A DNA stretch of 64,000 nt from assembly GCA_963811165.1 (NCBI GenBank), contig CAWEQH010000001.1:480001-544000 (forward strand). The letters are read 5' to 3'. This DNA comes from an uncultured Nitrospiraceae bacterium. GTDB lineage: Bacteria > Nitrospirota > Thermodesulfovibrionia > Thermodesulfovibrionales > UBA6898. The notes beneath the pieces are model-generated. The model had not been told where the DNA came from, did no database searches, and worked only from the letters and a program-made list of their open reading frames with translations. Of the stretch, positions 1-10,172 are shown in pieces (the stretch's first letter is position 1; each line of letters begins with the position of its first letter). The translations under genes and the position numbers were made by a program.

Positions 1-298
1 GAAGCCTATAATTCTTTCTTACCGGATTGGTAAGAGGCATTCTCTCATCTTCGATCAGATAATCGTAGAAGGCATGGATGCAGCCGAAATGACAGTTGAT
101 AGTCTTTGGTTTCATTCTCCTTCTCAATAGATGGTCCATATACGCATCGGTTTCTTTGTGGGTTATTTGCTCCAAAGAAACCTGCGACCAGACATTGAAG
201 TGACCGAGGATATTCATGTAGTTTTTTACAGTGTTGGCCGAACAGTTCCTTCGCTTTAGGAACCTTCGGTACCTGGCAATCAAATCAGTAGGCCCCAT
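1..298 (-). CDS. Tyrosine recombinase (XerC/D-like), N-terminal part; runs off the window
   Basis: Manual translation from ATG at 298: MGPTDLIARYRRFLKRRNCSANTVKNYMNIL...MKPKTINCHFGCIHAFYDYL...NPV, typical of an integrase SAM-like domain; overlaps the stop of the upstream recombinase by 14 bp. Confidence 0.8.
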   Translation of the reverse strand, partial: MGPTDLIARYRRFLKRRNCSANTVKNYMNILGHFNVWSQVSLEQITHKETDAYMDHLLRRRMKPKTINCHFGCIHAFYDYLIEDERMPLTNPVRKNYRL

Positions 299-1281
299 TA
301 ATGCCTCCTTGTTCGATGATTTCCATGGCACGGAAGTATTCCTCTTCGCGGCTCTTATCTGTCAGGCGGGCATATCGTCGGGTCATCTCTATGTCTCGAT
401 GTCCCAACAGAAGTTGCAAGCATTCCAGGCGCATGCCGGCATTGAGCAGCTCGCTTGCGAAGGTATGCCGAAGGCTGTGGATTGTGTAGCCTTTGTGTTG
501 GAGCCCTGTTTCTCTCAAGTATCGCGTGAAGATATTACGGGCCGAGGTATAACACAAGTGACTCCTCAGACCATGAAAGAGATATTCTTTTGTCTTATCT
601 CTCTTTTTAAGCCAGAGCCCTAAGGCCATCAGTGCATCATCACTCAGATAAACCACTCGCCCAAGATAGTTCTTTTCGCCCTCATAGATATGTATCTTCC
701 TCTCACGGACATCAAGATCTATCATCTTCAATCTGAGAAGCTCACCGATTCTCATGCCTGTCCGTAAGAGCACGAGGATCAGGGCACGGTCACGAATCTC
801 CTTAATGACACCAAGAATCTTTCTGACATCGCCCGGCGCAATGGCCCTCGGCAGGAAATCCGGCACTTTGAGTTTTATCTTGCGTTTGAGTATGCGTCCG
901 TCAATGATATCCTGTTCGATCAGAAAACGAAGAAAAGCAAAAAGGCAATGAAGCCGTGTTCTGACCGTGTTGATCTTAAGCCCCCGATCCTGCTCGCGTT
1001 CGACAAACGCCTCCAGGTCGTTACTGGCAATCGCCTCGATATGACTCTTCCCCTGGCCACCATAGAAAATGAGAAAGGAACTCACAGCGACGAAGCTGCC
1101 TTTAAGAGTACTTGGCCTGTGGTTCATTCTCCACTTGTTGCGCATGTAGCTATCAAAATGCTCTCTGGCGGGAAGGTCTAACTTGGAGATCCTCTGAAGA
1201 ATACGATCAATCGGGGGTCTGATAATTTACTACTTCTATGTCACTGACGATTGCCCTGAGAATTGAACCTGCTTTGGTCAT
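285..1281 (-). CDS. Tyrosine recombinase (XerC/D-like)
   Basis: ORF 285..1145 has R (TGMRIGEL), K, HSLRH, LGH and catalytic Y (TRRYARL). GGAGGAG RBS plus ATG at 1281 joins the frame if one G is removed from the G5 run at 1213-1217. Confidence 0.9.
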
Positions 1282-1479
1282 TGCTCCTCCTCTTTCTATT
1301 TGAAAAAGCAGGATTTATCATGACCCTCAGCGGTCCTAAGGTTCAATCCATTTTGTTACGTATAGCACCGATAACTAGTGATGTTTCATTTAATTGCGCC
1401 ACTGAAGATTATCTGGTGAGCCTTCCCCGAATTGATGGACACACCTAAAGATTTGTAAGATGGAAAAGGAGGTGTGTGT

Positions 1480-1782
1480 ATGGGGAAAGAGGATAGGCGT
1501 CGTCATTTCACGAGAGAGTTCAAGAGGAATGCTGTTCATCTTGTGACGGAGAAGGGTATGCCGGTAGGGAAGGTAGCTCGGGACCTTGATATTCATCCCA
1601 ACTTACTTCATTTATGGAGAAGGAGGTTGCTGAAAGACGGGGAGAAGGCATTTGTGGGGAAAGGCCATTCAAGTCCGGAGGGAGCGGAGATAAAGCAGCT
1701 TCGGAAGGAATTGGAAAGGGTGAGGGAAGAGAGGGACATTTTAAAAAAAGCCTTGGCCGTATTCTCCAAACGCAGCAGATGA
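1480..1782 (+). CDS. IS3 transposase OrfA (HTH)
   Basis: RRHFTREFKRNAV...VARDLDI...ERDILKKA; A7G slippery site at 1743-1750 with OrfB in the -1 frame. Confidence 0.92.
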   Translation: MGKEDRRRHFTREFKRNAVHLVTEKGMPVGKVARDLDIHPNLLHLWRRRLLKDGEKAFVGKGHSSPEGAEIKQLRKELERVREERDILKKALAVFSKRSR

Positions 1783-2635
1783 AGTACGGGTTGATGGAAG
1801 AGCATCGGGAGAAGTACAGGGTGGGAAGCATGTGCAAGGTGTTAAAGGTATCCAGGAGTGGGTATTATGCGTGGCGCAGCCGTCCGCTTAGCAGGAGGCA
1901 AAAGGACAACCAGGAGTTGCTGGGACACATACAGGAGATCCACAGAAGAAGCAGGAAGCTGTACGGGAGCCTAAGGATCACGGCTGAACTCAATGATGAG
2001 GGTGTCAAATGCGGGAAGAACCGGGTAGCCAGGATCATGAAGGATCATGCCATATGCGGGGAAGTGAAGAGGAGGAGGTTTAGGCGGACTACCGATTCAC
2101 GGCATGATTATGCTCTGGCGGCAAACCTGCTGATTGGCAAGAGACAGACCGATGGGGTATGGGCATCAGATATTACGTTTGTTCCTACTTCCGAGGGGTG
2201 GTTGTATGTGGCAGCTGTGATAAATGTGAAAAGCAGAAGAGTTATAGGGTTGTCCATGAGCGATAAACTTTCTCAGGAACTCGCCTCTGATGCGCTAAAA
2301 GCGGCAGCCAGCAGGCAGAGCCCTCCTGAGGGGTTGATCACCACTCCGATCGAGGCAGGCAGTACGCGAGTTATGCATATCAGGAGCTTCTCAGAGAATA
2401 CGGCATTACTCCGAGTATGAGCAGAAGTGGCAATTGCTATGACAATGCCTATGCGGAGTCATTTTTCGGAACGCTCAAGACGGAATTGGTCCACGGTGAG
2501 AAGTACCGTTCACGGCTTGAGGCAAGGCTTAGTATCTTTGAGTACGTAGAAGTGTTTTATAATCGTCAGAGGAGACACTCGGCATTAGGGTACAGGAGCC
2601 CAGAGCAATTTGAACGGCTCCTTGATGAAACTTAA
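1779..2635 (+). CDS. IS3 transposase OrfB (DDE), 1-bp deletion near 2339
   Basis: WASDITF, GWLYVA, (H)HSDRGRQY restored by adding one [27 protein letters not shown]. Confidence 0.9.
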
Positions 2636-2827
2636 CCAAGTGTCCACATTATCGGGGAAAGCTCATGGAGAAACAAACATAAAGAAGGGTGAGAGAAAAT
2701 CTCACGCCCTTTCTAGTACCATACAAACGAAATTTATAGTTACCACAGGTCTCAAGATTCTGTCTCAGTGTTATTCATATTTGTGATATAGTTTGTTATA
2801 TGGTATGCATACGGCTGAACGCATAGC

Positions 2828-3415
2828 ATGATGAGAGTGACTGAGAAACTCAAGAAATATGTGAAGAGGAGAGAAGCTGTTTTCTTTCTTATTCTGCTAA
2901 GTAGTTTATACAGTTGTATTGGGATTGGGAGGGAAAAAGGTATCCTTTACCCAACGGAGGAAAGGAAAAAACAAATCTTAACCTGGGCGACTTCTGAAAA
3001 AACCAAGGTGGATAGAGGGACACTCAAGAACAGCGAATACTGGAAACAGTTCTATCGAAAGTCGATTGAAATGAGACCCGACTTGGACGATTTCCTCTAT
3101 TTTGCAAACGAAATGATCAAGGTTTCGAGAATCTTTGAAGAAGGTAAGATAACGAAGGAACAATTTGAGGATAAACATCGCCAGCTAACTGCCCTTCTCG
3201 CTCGGGAAGAAAACAGACGCGCTCAGATGTTCTCTCTCTCCAGAATGAACGACTATGAAGCAGGAGTCTTTTATGCTTACCTTGGGAGTTTGTTTTTGGA
3301 CTATCTCAACGACCTTCAGAGGCAATTAAATGCGGCCGGGTCGCAATTCGAGAGCAGCCACTGTGCCTTTTTTGGGGACAGGATTCAATGCACTACTCAG
3401 GACTCGCCTTTTTGA
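2828..3415 (+). CDS. Hypothetical protein, probable lipoprotein
   Basis: 195-aa ORF; basic N-terminus, hydrophobic stretch, then LYSC. Confidence 0.55.
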   Translation: MMRVTEKLKKYVKRREAVFFLILLSSLYSCIGIGREKGILYPTEERKKQILTWATSEKTKVDRGTLKNSEYWKQFYRKSIEMRPDLDDFLYFANEMIKVSRIFEEGKITKEQFEDKHRQLTALLAREENRRAQMFSLSRMNDYEAGVFYAYLGSLFLDYLNDLQRQLNAAGSQFESSHCAFFGDRIQCTTQDSPF

Positions 3416-3622
3416 ATTAGGGTCCTGAGGGTAGCATATTTTCCGGGGTCGACAATTGGCCGGGGCGATGCCCAGCGTTATCTAATACTACACATACTCT
3501 TAATCGATGGGGCCAGCACCGAACAATTATTTCAAAAGGAACCTCACGCCAATGTCAAAGATCGCCGGTGTAGAGTACAGCAGTCATTAAGACAGGGCGT
3601 GATTCCCCCGATCGCATAGTAC

Positions 3623-4678
3623 TTACATATTGCCCTCATGATCATGATGCTGCATAGGCTGTCCTCCCCCGCCGGTATGCCCGAGATGGGAGGCATGGCG
3701 TGCAGGTATCTCGTGCCGGAGTAAGGCAGCGCACAATAGTACGCCGATTATCAGAATTGCCTCGACTTTTACGCCTCGCCTGAACCGCGAGGCGATCCGG
3801 CCCCCGTTTCCACCCGGCTGAAGGCCTGGAAAGAACTGAAGCGCGATGCGGGTGAAAATTCCCCGACCTTCTGGGGAGGCCCCTGCCCATTCCTGCAGGA
3901 GCGGGACGCTGACATACCTATTGAAGCCGCCGAGATTTATGAGGACAAGGAAGAGCACGACCTTCGCTATGACGGTCCAGCCGTAAGGCGACCCTAGTAA
4001 CGCGTGTATGCTCCCCACATATTTCCACGCGTTATAGAGCGCGGTAATTGCGACTATGCCGACTGCAAAGCCGGCCAGCGACGAGAACCTGCCTGCAACT
4101 CTTGAGATCAGGGCAGGGGTAGGCTCTCTCCGCCCTATGAGATCAGGAAGAACAGAGACGGAAAGCACCATGAGACCGCCTCCCCACACCGACGCTGCAA
4201 GCAGATGGAGCCAGTCCATTATCTCCGGCAGGCTTAAATCACCTGCATCGGATGCGTGCCCGGAGGCGCTTGCCGTCATAGCGACTACCAGTCCGAGGAG
4301 GAGCATGAAAAACAGGAACACCCGTGTATCACGATATCGCACAGCCATTTTCGAAAGCGCCAGCAGGAAGAGTGCCCCAATGCGGACGATCCAGACGCTT
4401 CCATAGTGGGTCCGGAAGAGGACAGTAGGCAAGACCGAAAAAAAAGCAGGAAAGGGTTGGCCGCTCATCTCAGCCGTCCTCGAAAACAGCTCGACTATGC
4501 TTCCTGCGATCAGGAAGGCCAGCCCGAAACAAAACAACGTCCACATCCTCGGGACGAAATTCTCCTGATATGAAAATTCGTCTTGAATCGAAGGCGTAAA
4601 AAACCAGAGACGGCAGACGATCACCCCGATACAAAAGGCAAGGGATATGAGTTCTAACCATTCGGGAATAACATGCAT
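3623..4678 (-). CDS. copD: CopD-family copper inner-membrane protein with His-rich C-terminal tail
   Basis: Multi-TM; T.YG..W..R, SGHA, WLHLLAASVWGGGL, YG...K, NR motifs; follows copC. Confidence 0.88.
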   Translation of the reverse strand: MHVIPEWLELISLAFCIGVIVCRLWFFTPSIQDEFSYQENFVPRMWTLFCFGLAFLIAGSIVELFSRTAEMSGQPFPAFFSVLPTVLFRTHYGSVWIVRIGALFLLALSKMAVRYRDTRVFLFFMLLLGLVVAMTASASGHASDAGDLSLPEIMDWLHLLAASVWGGGLMVLSVSVLPDLIGRREPTPALISRVAGRFSSLAGFAVGIVAITALYNAWKYVGSIHALLGSPYGWTVIAKVVLFLVLINLGGFNRYVSVPLLQEWAGASPEGRGIFTRIALQFFPGLQPGGNGGRIASRFRRGVKVEAILIIGVLLCAALLRHEIPARHASHLGHTGGGGQPMQHHDHEGNM

Positions 4679-4725
4679 TGACCTCTCACCTCCTGATAAT
4701 ATCTCTTCTTCAGCCTCTTATCACC

Positions 4726-5101
4726 TCATTTTATTGAGAATGAGAACTGTCCGTTCGTCCTGTGCCCATCCCTTGCCACAACGTTCCAGATCACAAGATA
4801 CGTACCCGGCGGCAACTGGGGAAGACTCACCTCAAGTAATTTAGGATCAGCAGGGTCCACATGGTTGTTCCTCTTGTCGATCATCTTGCCGTCGGCATTA
4901 TGCACCATAAGGGTCGAGAATGCCGGCTCCAGATCGCTGTCAAACCAGATGCGGACCTGAGCGGGCGAGCCCGAAACAGTCGAGCCCACCTTAGGGTCCG
5001 AATGGTCCGGGAATGCATGACCCCACGCCGCCCCGGGCAGGACGCGGCAGAAAGACCAGGCAAAAAAACGCAATAGCAGGCCTGATATTTACGGGGCGCA
5101 T
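4726..5101 (-). CDS. copC: CopC periplasmic copper-binding protein (signal peptide frameshifted near 5050)
   Basis: Mature N-terminus HAFPDHSDP, Y.V.W.VVARDGH motif; ATG at 5101 lies directly after the stop of the upstream gene. Confidence 0.88.
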
Positions 5102-5107
5102 TGAGCT

Positions 5108-6077
5108 TTACCTGAAGATAGGCCTGCCGAGACTTTTTGGGAAGAGATCATCAACATACAGATGGACCAGTCCGAGGAGGCCGACGCTGCTCCCTGATCG
5201 AGAGTTTACCGGGATCTGCGCGGCGATCCCAAACTCCATGAACTTGCCCGCCCATACTATCCCTGGGTTCACTGTTCCTGAAATTTGTCCCTTGCAAGTC
5301 GGCGTTCATGCAAGTTTCCATCGGGAACTCCGCCACTAGTATCATTCGGTTAAACGGGGCGCCGAGCCCGATATCTTTTACAAAGGATTGAAGGTACATG
5401 AGACTGTACTGTAAGGAGAATGCCCAGTTCAGAGTCGTGGGGTTTCGTTCCACTATTGTTTCTCCGGTGTCGGGATCTATAGAAACGTTGCCGGATCTCG
5501 TGGGGAAACTGGGGCCGATGACCCCGGTAATTGCAAATGGCCTGAAAAATCCCATCGACGCCGGCAAGTCGCCGAACCCTTTGCCGAAGAAAAGAGCCGG
5601 GGAAATCGTTGTGAAAGAATCGGCTATCTGGTGTGCCCCGGTGCCGCCGATGTCGAAGTCTGTGCCGACTGAAAGGATCAGCTCATGGGGAGCATTCGTA
5701 AGGAACTGCCATTTCGCCCCTATCCCGAGATTGTCCCAGCCATTGGCCGAGCTGCCGTCGGTTGCCCTCTGGTGCAGGTAGGCCTCATGGAATTCGAGCC
5801 CGAAGTTGGGCACGATGCGTTTGGAATAATCGATATCGATTTCCGTGGTCGTCGCGTCTGGTCCCTTTGCACGATTAATCAGTATAGAGAACTCATCCGA
5901 AATGAACGGATCATCCACCTGAAACGTCGTGGGGAAAAACCTCTGTCCTGCAAACCCGTGGGCCCATGACGATGCGGGCGCAAAAAGTACGAACAACAGT
6001 GTAAGGCCGAATACCTTGCGCAATATATCCATTCCGGAGTTTCTGCTATTTCCCGCACTCTCTGCTATTTCCCTCAT
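5108..6077 (-). CDS. Exported, putative outer-membrane protein linked to copCD (frameshift near 5290)
   Basis: Signal peptide, then HGFAGQRFFPTT..VDDP; amphipathic beta strands; an alternative frame continues ...NPGIVWAGK...LYVDDLFPKSLGRPIFR to TAA at 5108. Confidence 0.65.
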
Positions 6078-6170
6078 TTATTCCTCCCAAAGGCTATTAT
6101 AGAAGTATATCACCTAATTGTGACACGGTCTATCGCAGCGCGTAAAAAGGACCATGCTCAGAAACAGTGC

Positions 6171-7715
6171 CTAAAACATTACTTGAACGCCGGCATTAAG
6201 CACCCATGTGGTTTTCATTTGAAGGCCGTTAAGGTTTTGATAGACCGGCACTCCGCCTTCAACTCCGAAGCTGAGGGAGCCCTTCTGAAGGCTCAACCCG
6301 ATCAGACCATCCAGCCTCTGCCCGCCATAGTTGTTTGGGTCGGCATCAGGCGTGGGCGCACCCATGCCCATCCCCATTACAGGATGGATGAGCTTGTCGA
6401 TCTCGGGGTCCTGTCCCTTGATCCGGCCCGTGTCGTTATAAGCAAGCCGCACCCAGGTGCTTAGCGGGCCGAAGGCGCGCTGCAGCCAGCCAGTCGCCTT
6501 AAAGTTGTCGCCGAGGCTGTAATCGTTTTTATTCTTATCTATATGATAGGTGTACATGGCCTGAGCACCCCAGTTCCATTTTGCGTCATCGCTGAGGGCA
6601 CTGTAAGTGAGAGCGGGTTTCAGATCGTATGTGCCTGAGCCCAGCTGCATGTCATAGGGTGCGCGATATACCTTGCGCATCATCACTATGGGTTGGTCGA
6701 TGTCGCCGGTCGGAAGGCTGAGACCGAGGCTGCCGTTAAGGTATTTATTGATCTTGTAAATCCCTCTAAGTTCGGTGTCGCCAAGGCCGCGGGTACTCAT
6801 GGGGTCCTCGCGAGTGATCATCCTGCCTGGGCCCATGTCCATCAGCATTCCCATCGAGTTGACCTGATAATTTGCCATGGCCATCACGGTCAACCGGTCG
6901 GTGATCCCGTACATCAGCATAAACATATGCATATCCATGGTCATGTCGGTAGGTATCATCATGTAATTATACGGCTTGCCCCTATTGTATCCGACGCTGT
7001 CCGGGCCGACGTCCGACGTGCCGGAACGCAGGCCGCTCATATTCATGTGCATGAGCTTGTAGGTCACCATCCACATCCCGGCCGGATGGGTGTGGTATAT
7101 GTCGTCGCCAAATGCCGGGTTGAACAGCATCTGGGAGCCCGGCTCCATTGCCATATGACACATGTCATGACCCATGTGCCCATGATGATCGTGGGCCATC
7201 TCCGCACTCCCTTCCACTTCTTCCTTCGCGGCCTTCATCGCCTGGTCGAAGGAGGATACTTTGCCTCCATTTTCCTTTACGAATTTCTGCGCATCTTCCT
7301 CCTTTATGAATGCCCATTTTGGTACGGAGGTCATGACACCTTCTTTATTGCCGCCGATTACCCAGGTTGCGGTTTTGGCATCTGTCAATTCTTTGGAAGT
7401 GTAATCCGCAACCATAAGCGTCTTGACCTGCTTGTCCTTGTTTTGTTTCATTTCTGCAGCTGCACAGTGGATACTGCAGACCTCAGCGGTGGATCCGTCT
7501 TCATAGCCAATCACCATCCTGCTTTTCGCATAAACGTCCAGGTCCATCCCGCATTGCTTGCAGTGTTTGGGATTCTCTGCCGTATCGGCTGCTCCTGCAG
7601 CAGTGAAACTCAACAGCAGGCAAAAAACCAAAAATATCACGAATCTTTTCACAAGGGACTTTTTATTAAGGGTATAGGCAAAAGATGACGCAAAGAGTGT
7701 TTTTGACCTAGTCAT
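6171..7715 (-). CDS. NosL-like metal-binding domain + His/Met-rich linker + putative outer-membrane beta-barrel
   Basis: CKQCGM...CSIHC...DY...A.WV.G....VM = NosL-like; HDHHGHMGHDMCHMAM linker; HTHPAGMWM..MHMNM, GLGD, SLPTG, MQLGSGT barrel motifs; C-terminal Phe; AGGAG RBS. Confidence 0.72.
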   Translation of the reverse strand: MTRSKTLFASSFAYTLNKKSLVKRFVIFLVFCLLLSFTAAGAADTAENPKHCKQCGMDLDVYAKSRMVIGYEDGSTAEVCSIHCAAAEMKQNKDKQVKTLMVADYTSKELTDAKTATWVIGGNKEGVMTSVPKWAFIKEEDAQKFVKENGGKVSSFDQAMKAAKEEVEGSAEMAHDHHGHMGHDMCHMAMEPGSQMLFNPAFGDDIYHTHPAGMWMVTYKLMHMNMSGLRSGTSDVGPDSVGYNRGKPYNYMMIPTDMTMDMHMFMLMYGITDRLTVMAMANYQVNSMGMLMDMGPGRMITREDPMSTRGLGDTELRGIYKINKYLNGSLGLSLPTGDIDQPIVMMRKVYRAPYDMQLGSGTYDLKPALTYSALSDDAKWNWGAQAMYTYHIDKNKNDYSLGDNFKATGWLQRAFGPLSTWVRLAYNDTGRIKGQDPEIDKLIHPVMGMGMGAPTPDADPNNYGGQRLDGLIGLSLQKGSLSFGVEGGVPVYQNLNGLQMKTTWVLNAGVQVMF

Positions 7716-7820
7716 ATAATAGGATCTCCTTTTCTTAACAGACAGTAAAGAGCATTTTTGACGCTCCTCACTCCTCTATATTTGGAAAAAGCTGCGAATC
7801 GAAGACTTCGGAACTTCGGG

Positions 7821-8108
7821 TCAGGACTTGGGAGGGCGTTCTATTTGGACAAAATACCAGGATGGGGAAAAATACATATTGTCGGGTTCTCTATATTCTG
7901 CAAACTGTAACGGACAGTCCGTGCAGGAAGATTCATACAGGCAAGGAATCTCCGGATTGGCTGATATGAAGGACCCCGAAGCATTGCAAACATCGAGCGA
8001 CGCAATGCACTTCACCTGATTGTGCGAGGCGATAGTAACATGGGCCGTAATCGGCGATAACATCGAAACAACCAGAGCCACGATTATCCACATGCCGCTT
8101 GATCGCAT
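7821..8108 (-). CDS. Small exported Cys-rich leader protein (CxxC + C-terminal RPP), DUF2946/CruR/CutF-like
   Basis: Hydrophobic N-terminus, CTDC, ends QIERPPKS; first ORF of the copper operon. Confidence 0.6.
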   Translation of the reverse strand: MRSSGMWIIVALVVSMLSPITAHVTIASHNQVKCIASLDVCNASGSFISANPEIPCLYESSCTDCPLQFAEYREPDNMYFSPSWYFVQIERPPKS

Positions 8109-8113
8109 ATTTT

Positions 8114-8141
8114 ATTATCCCCGGATATAAAACTATGTCAA
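8114..8141 (-). promoter_or_regulatory. Candidate sigma70 promoter of the copper operon
   Basis: TTGACA-16-GATAAT; predicted start site falls about on the leader ATG (8108). Confidence 0.45.
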
Positions 8142-8303
8142 CGTCAAATTATATTTATGAGGTGTTCTTGCAGAGATAAGTCAATGGATCACCCAGAATT
8201 ACCTTATCCCCCCTCCGGCGGCAAGCGTGCAGGGGGCGGCTTCCGCGCCATTACGAAAAACGATCCTTGATTTTCATCCGGATTACCCATAAAATTAAAC
8301 GCC

Positions 8304-10172
8304 ATGGAAATCAAGATACTAAACGGCAAAACTATACCGGCCGGTGACGGCGAAAGCATCTATAAGGCCTTGAAGGACCACGGGGTCTATCTCGTTGCCT
8401 CGTGCGGAGGCAAGGGCGTCTGCGGGAAGTGCCGTGTGAAGGTACTGGAAGGCGAGACGAGGATCGAATCTGCGGGCAAACTTCTGAAAAAGGATATTGA
8501 GGAGAATATTGTCCTTGCATGCCAGGGCTTTCCCAAGGGTGATATCCTTATTGATATACCGGAGGATTCAAAGCTTATTATCGGTGACAAAATCGCGTTG
8601 TCGAAAACAAAGGATTTGCTGCAGTATCTTCGGACCGTCGAGCCGGCGGTTACTTCCGCCATACGCAGGGTTGTCCTGAACCTTACACCCCCTTCACTCC
8701 AGGACAATACCGGCGACCTCGAACGGCTGAAAAGGGCGCTCCACGAAAAAGGCATCTTTGACATGGAATTTTCCCACAGTTTTATCCTCTCGATGCCGAA
8801 TATTCTCAGGGAGGCTGAATGGGATGTCTGTCTTAGCTATACGGAAAAACACGAGGCAATAGGTCTTTCAGCGGTCTGTAAGACAAAACACTATGGGATT
8901 GCCGTGGATATAGGAACGACAACTGTGGTGCTGTATCTGGTGAACTGTTCGGACGGCACACTTGTTGATGCGGGTATGACCTTTAATTCGCAGATGCGCC
9001 ACGGCGACGACGTGATCACTCGGATTGTCTATGCAACAGAGGGAGGAGGCCTTCAGGAGCTGAGAGACACCATCGTGGATGATATAAATGGCCTCCTTGC
9101 CCCGATTGTAGAAAAAAATAATATCGACATTGAAGATATTGACTCTGCCGTCATTTCGGGGAATACGACAATGACACAGCTCTTCTGGGGGCTGGACCCC
9201 TCTTCGATCAGGGAAGAGCCCTACATCCCGACGGTCAATATCTATCCCGTGTGGAGGGCCGGGACGGCCCGCTTTAAAATAAACCCTCAGGGGCCGGTCT
9301 ATACCATGCCGAACGTGGGTAGTTATGTGGGAGGAGACATCGTGGCAGGGGTCCTGGCCTCCAAGATGCACAAGAATCCTGAAGTTGCCCTGTTCATGGA
9401 CATAGGAACAAACGGCGAAATCGCCGTCGGCAACAATGAGTGGATGATCACGGCCGCATGTTCTATGGGACCTTGCTTCGAGGGCAGCGGCATACGGCAC
9501 GGCATGAGGGCGACGGAGGGTGCGATTGAGTCGGTGAAGATAGACCTTTCGAGTTTCGAGCCGGCCCTCGGCGTCATCGGCGGGGTCTCACCTTCGGGCA
9601 TCTGCGGTTCCGGAATGATTGACGCCATCTCCGAACTTTTTTTTGCCGGGGTGATAGACCAGAAGGGCAAACTTGTTAAAGACCTTGATACGGACAGAAT
9701 CAGGACGGGTGAGGAAGGGCCGGAATTTGTCCTCCACCGCGGTGACCGTAAGGACATCGTTCTTACCGAGGTCGACATCGAAAACGTTATCCGCGCAAAG
9801 GCCGCCCTTTATGCAGGTGTGTCTGTGCTCCTGAAGGAGGTCGGGCTTTCTTTGGACATCGTCGAGAGAATATATATCGCCGGGGGCTTCGGCAATTATC
9901 TCGACGTCAACAAGGCGATCATGATCGGCATGCTGCCCGACATCCCGCTTGAGAAGTTTTCATTTATAGGGAATACCTCGATCGCCGGCGCATACCTCTG
10001 TCTGCTATCCGAAAAGATGCGGACCGAGGCCCAGGAGACCGCGAAAAAGATGACGTATGTAGAGCTCTCTGCCTCGAGGGGGTTCATGGACGAATACATG
10101 TCTGCCCTTTTCCTTCCCCATACCAATATCGAACTCTTCCCCACTGTCAGGGACCTGTATAAGAAGAAATAA
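8304..10172 (+). CDS. ASKHA-type ATP-dependent reductive activator of corrinoid proteins (RACo/AcsV-like, DUF4445) with N-terminal [2Fe-2S]
   Basis: CGGKGVCGKC...LACQ ferredoxin; DIGTTT, GDDVITRI, GNTTM, VGGDI, DIGTNGE, GICGSG, AGGFG. Confidence 0.9.
   Translation: MEIKILNGKTIPAGDGESIYKALKDHGVYLVASCGGKGVCGKCRVKVLEGETRIESAGKLLKKDIEENIVLACQGFPKGDILIDIPEDSKLIIGDKIALSKTKDLLQYLRTVEPAVTSAIRRVVLNLTPPSLQDNTGDLERLKRALHEKGIFDMEFSHSFILSMPNILREAEWDVCLSYTEKHEAIGLSAVCKTKHYGIAVDIGTTTVVLYLVNCSDGTLVDAGMTFNSQMRHGDDVITRIVYATEGGGLQELRDTIVDDINGLLAPIVEKNNIDIEDIDSAVISGNTTMTQLFWGLDPSSIREEPYIPTVNIYPVWRAGTARFKINPQGPVYTMPNVGSYVGGDIVAGVLASKMHKNPEVALFMDIGTNGEIAVGNNEWMITAACSMGPCFEGSGIRHGMRATEGAIESVKIDLSSFEPALGVIGGVSPSGICGSGMIDAISELFFAGVIDQKGKLVKDLDTDRIRTGEEGPEFVLHRGDRKDIVLTEVDIENVIRAKAALYAGVSVLLKEVGLSLDIVERIYIAGGFGNYLDVNKAIMIGMLPDIPLEKFSFIGNTSIAGAYLCLLSEKMRTEAQETAKKMTYVELSASRGFMDEYMSALFLPHTNIELFPTVRDLYKKK

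Larger units (their letters stand above)
1417..2665 (+). mobile_element. IS3-family insertion sequence (1249 bp)
   Basis: IRL TGAGCCTTCCCCGAATTGATGGACAC vs IRR (revcomp) TGAGCTTTCCCCGATAATGTGGACAC; TG...CA ends; 3-bp target duplication TGG (1414-1416, 2666-2668). Confidence 0.95.

Noticed and set aside
2801..2816. sigma54 promoter upstream of the lipoprotein
   Set aside because: GG-N10-GC spacing is present but the TTGC box is missing and it lies too close to the ATG
6171..7715. nosL of a nitrous-oxide reductase cluster
   Set aside because: No nosZ/D/F/Y in the window; the domain is fused to a barrel inside a copCD operon
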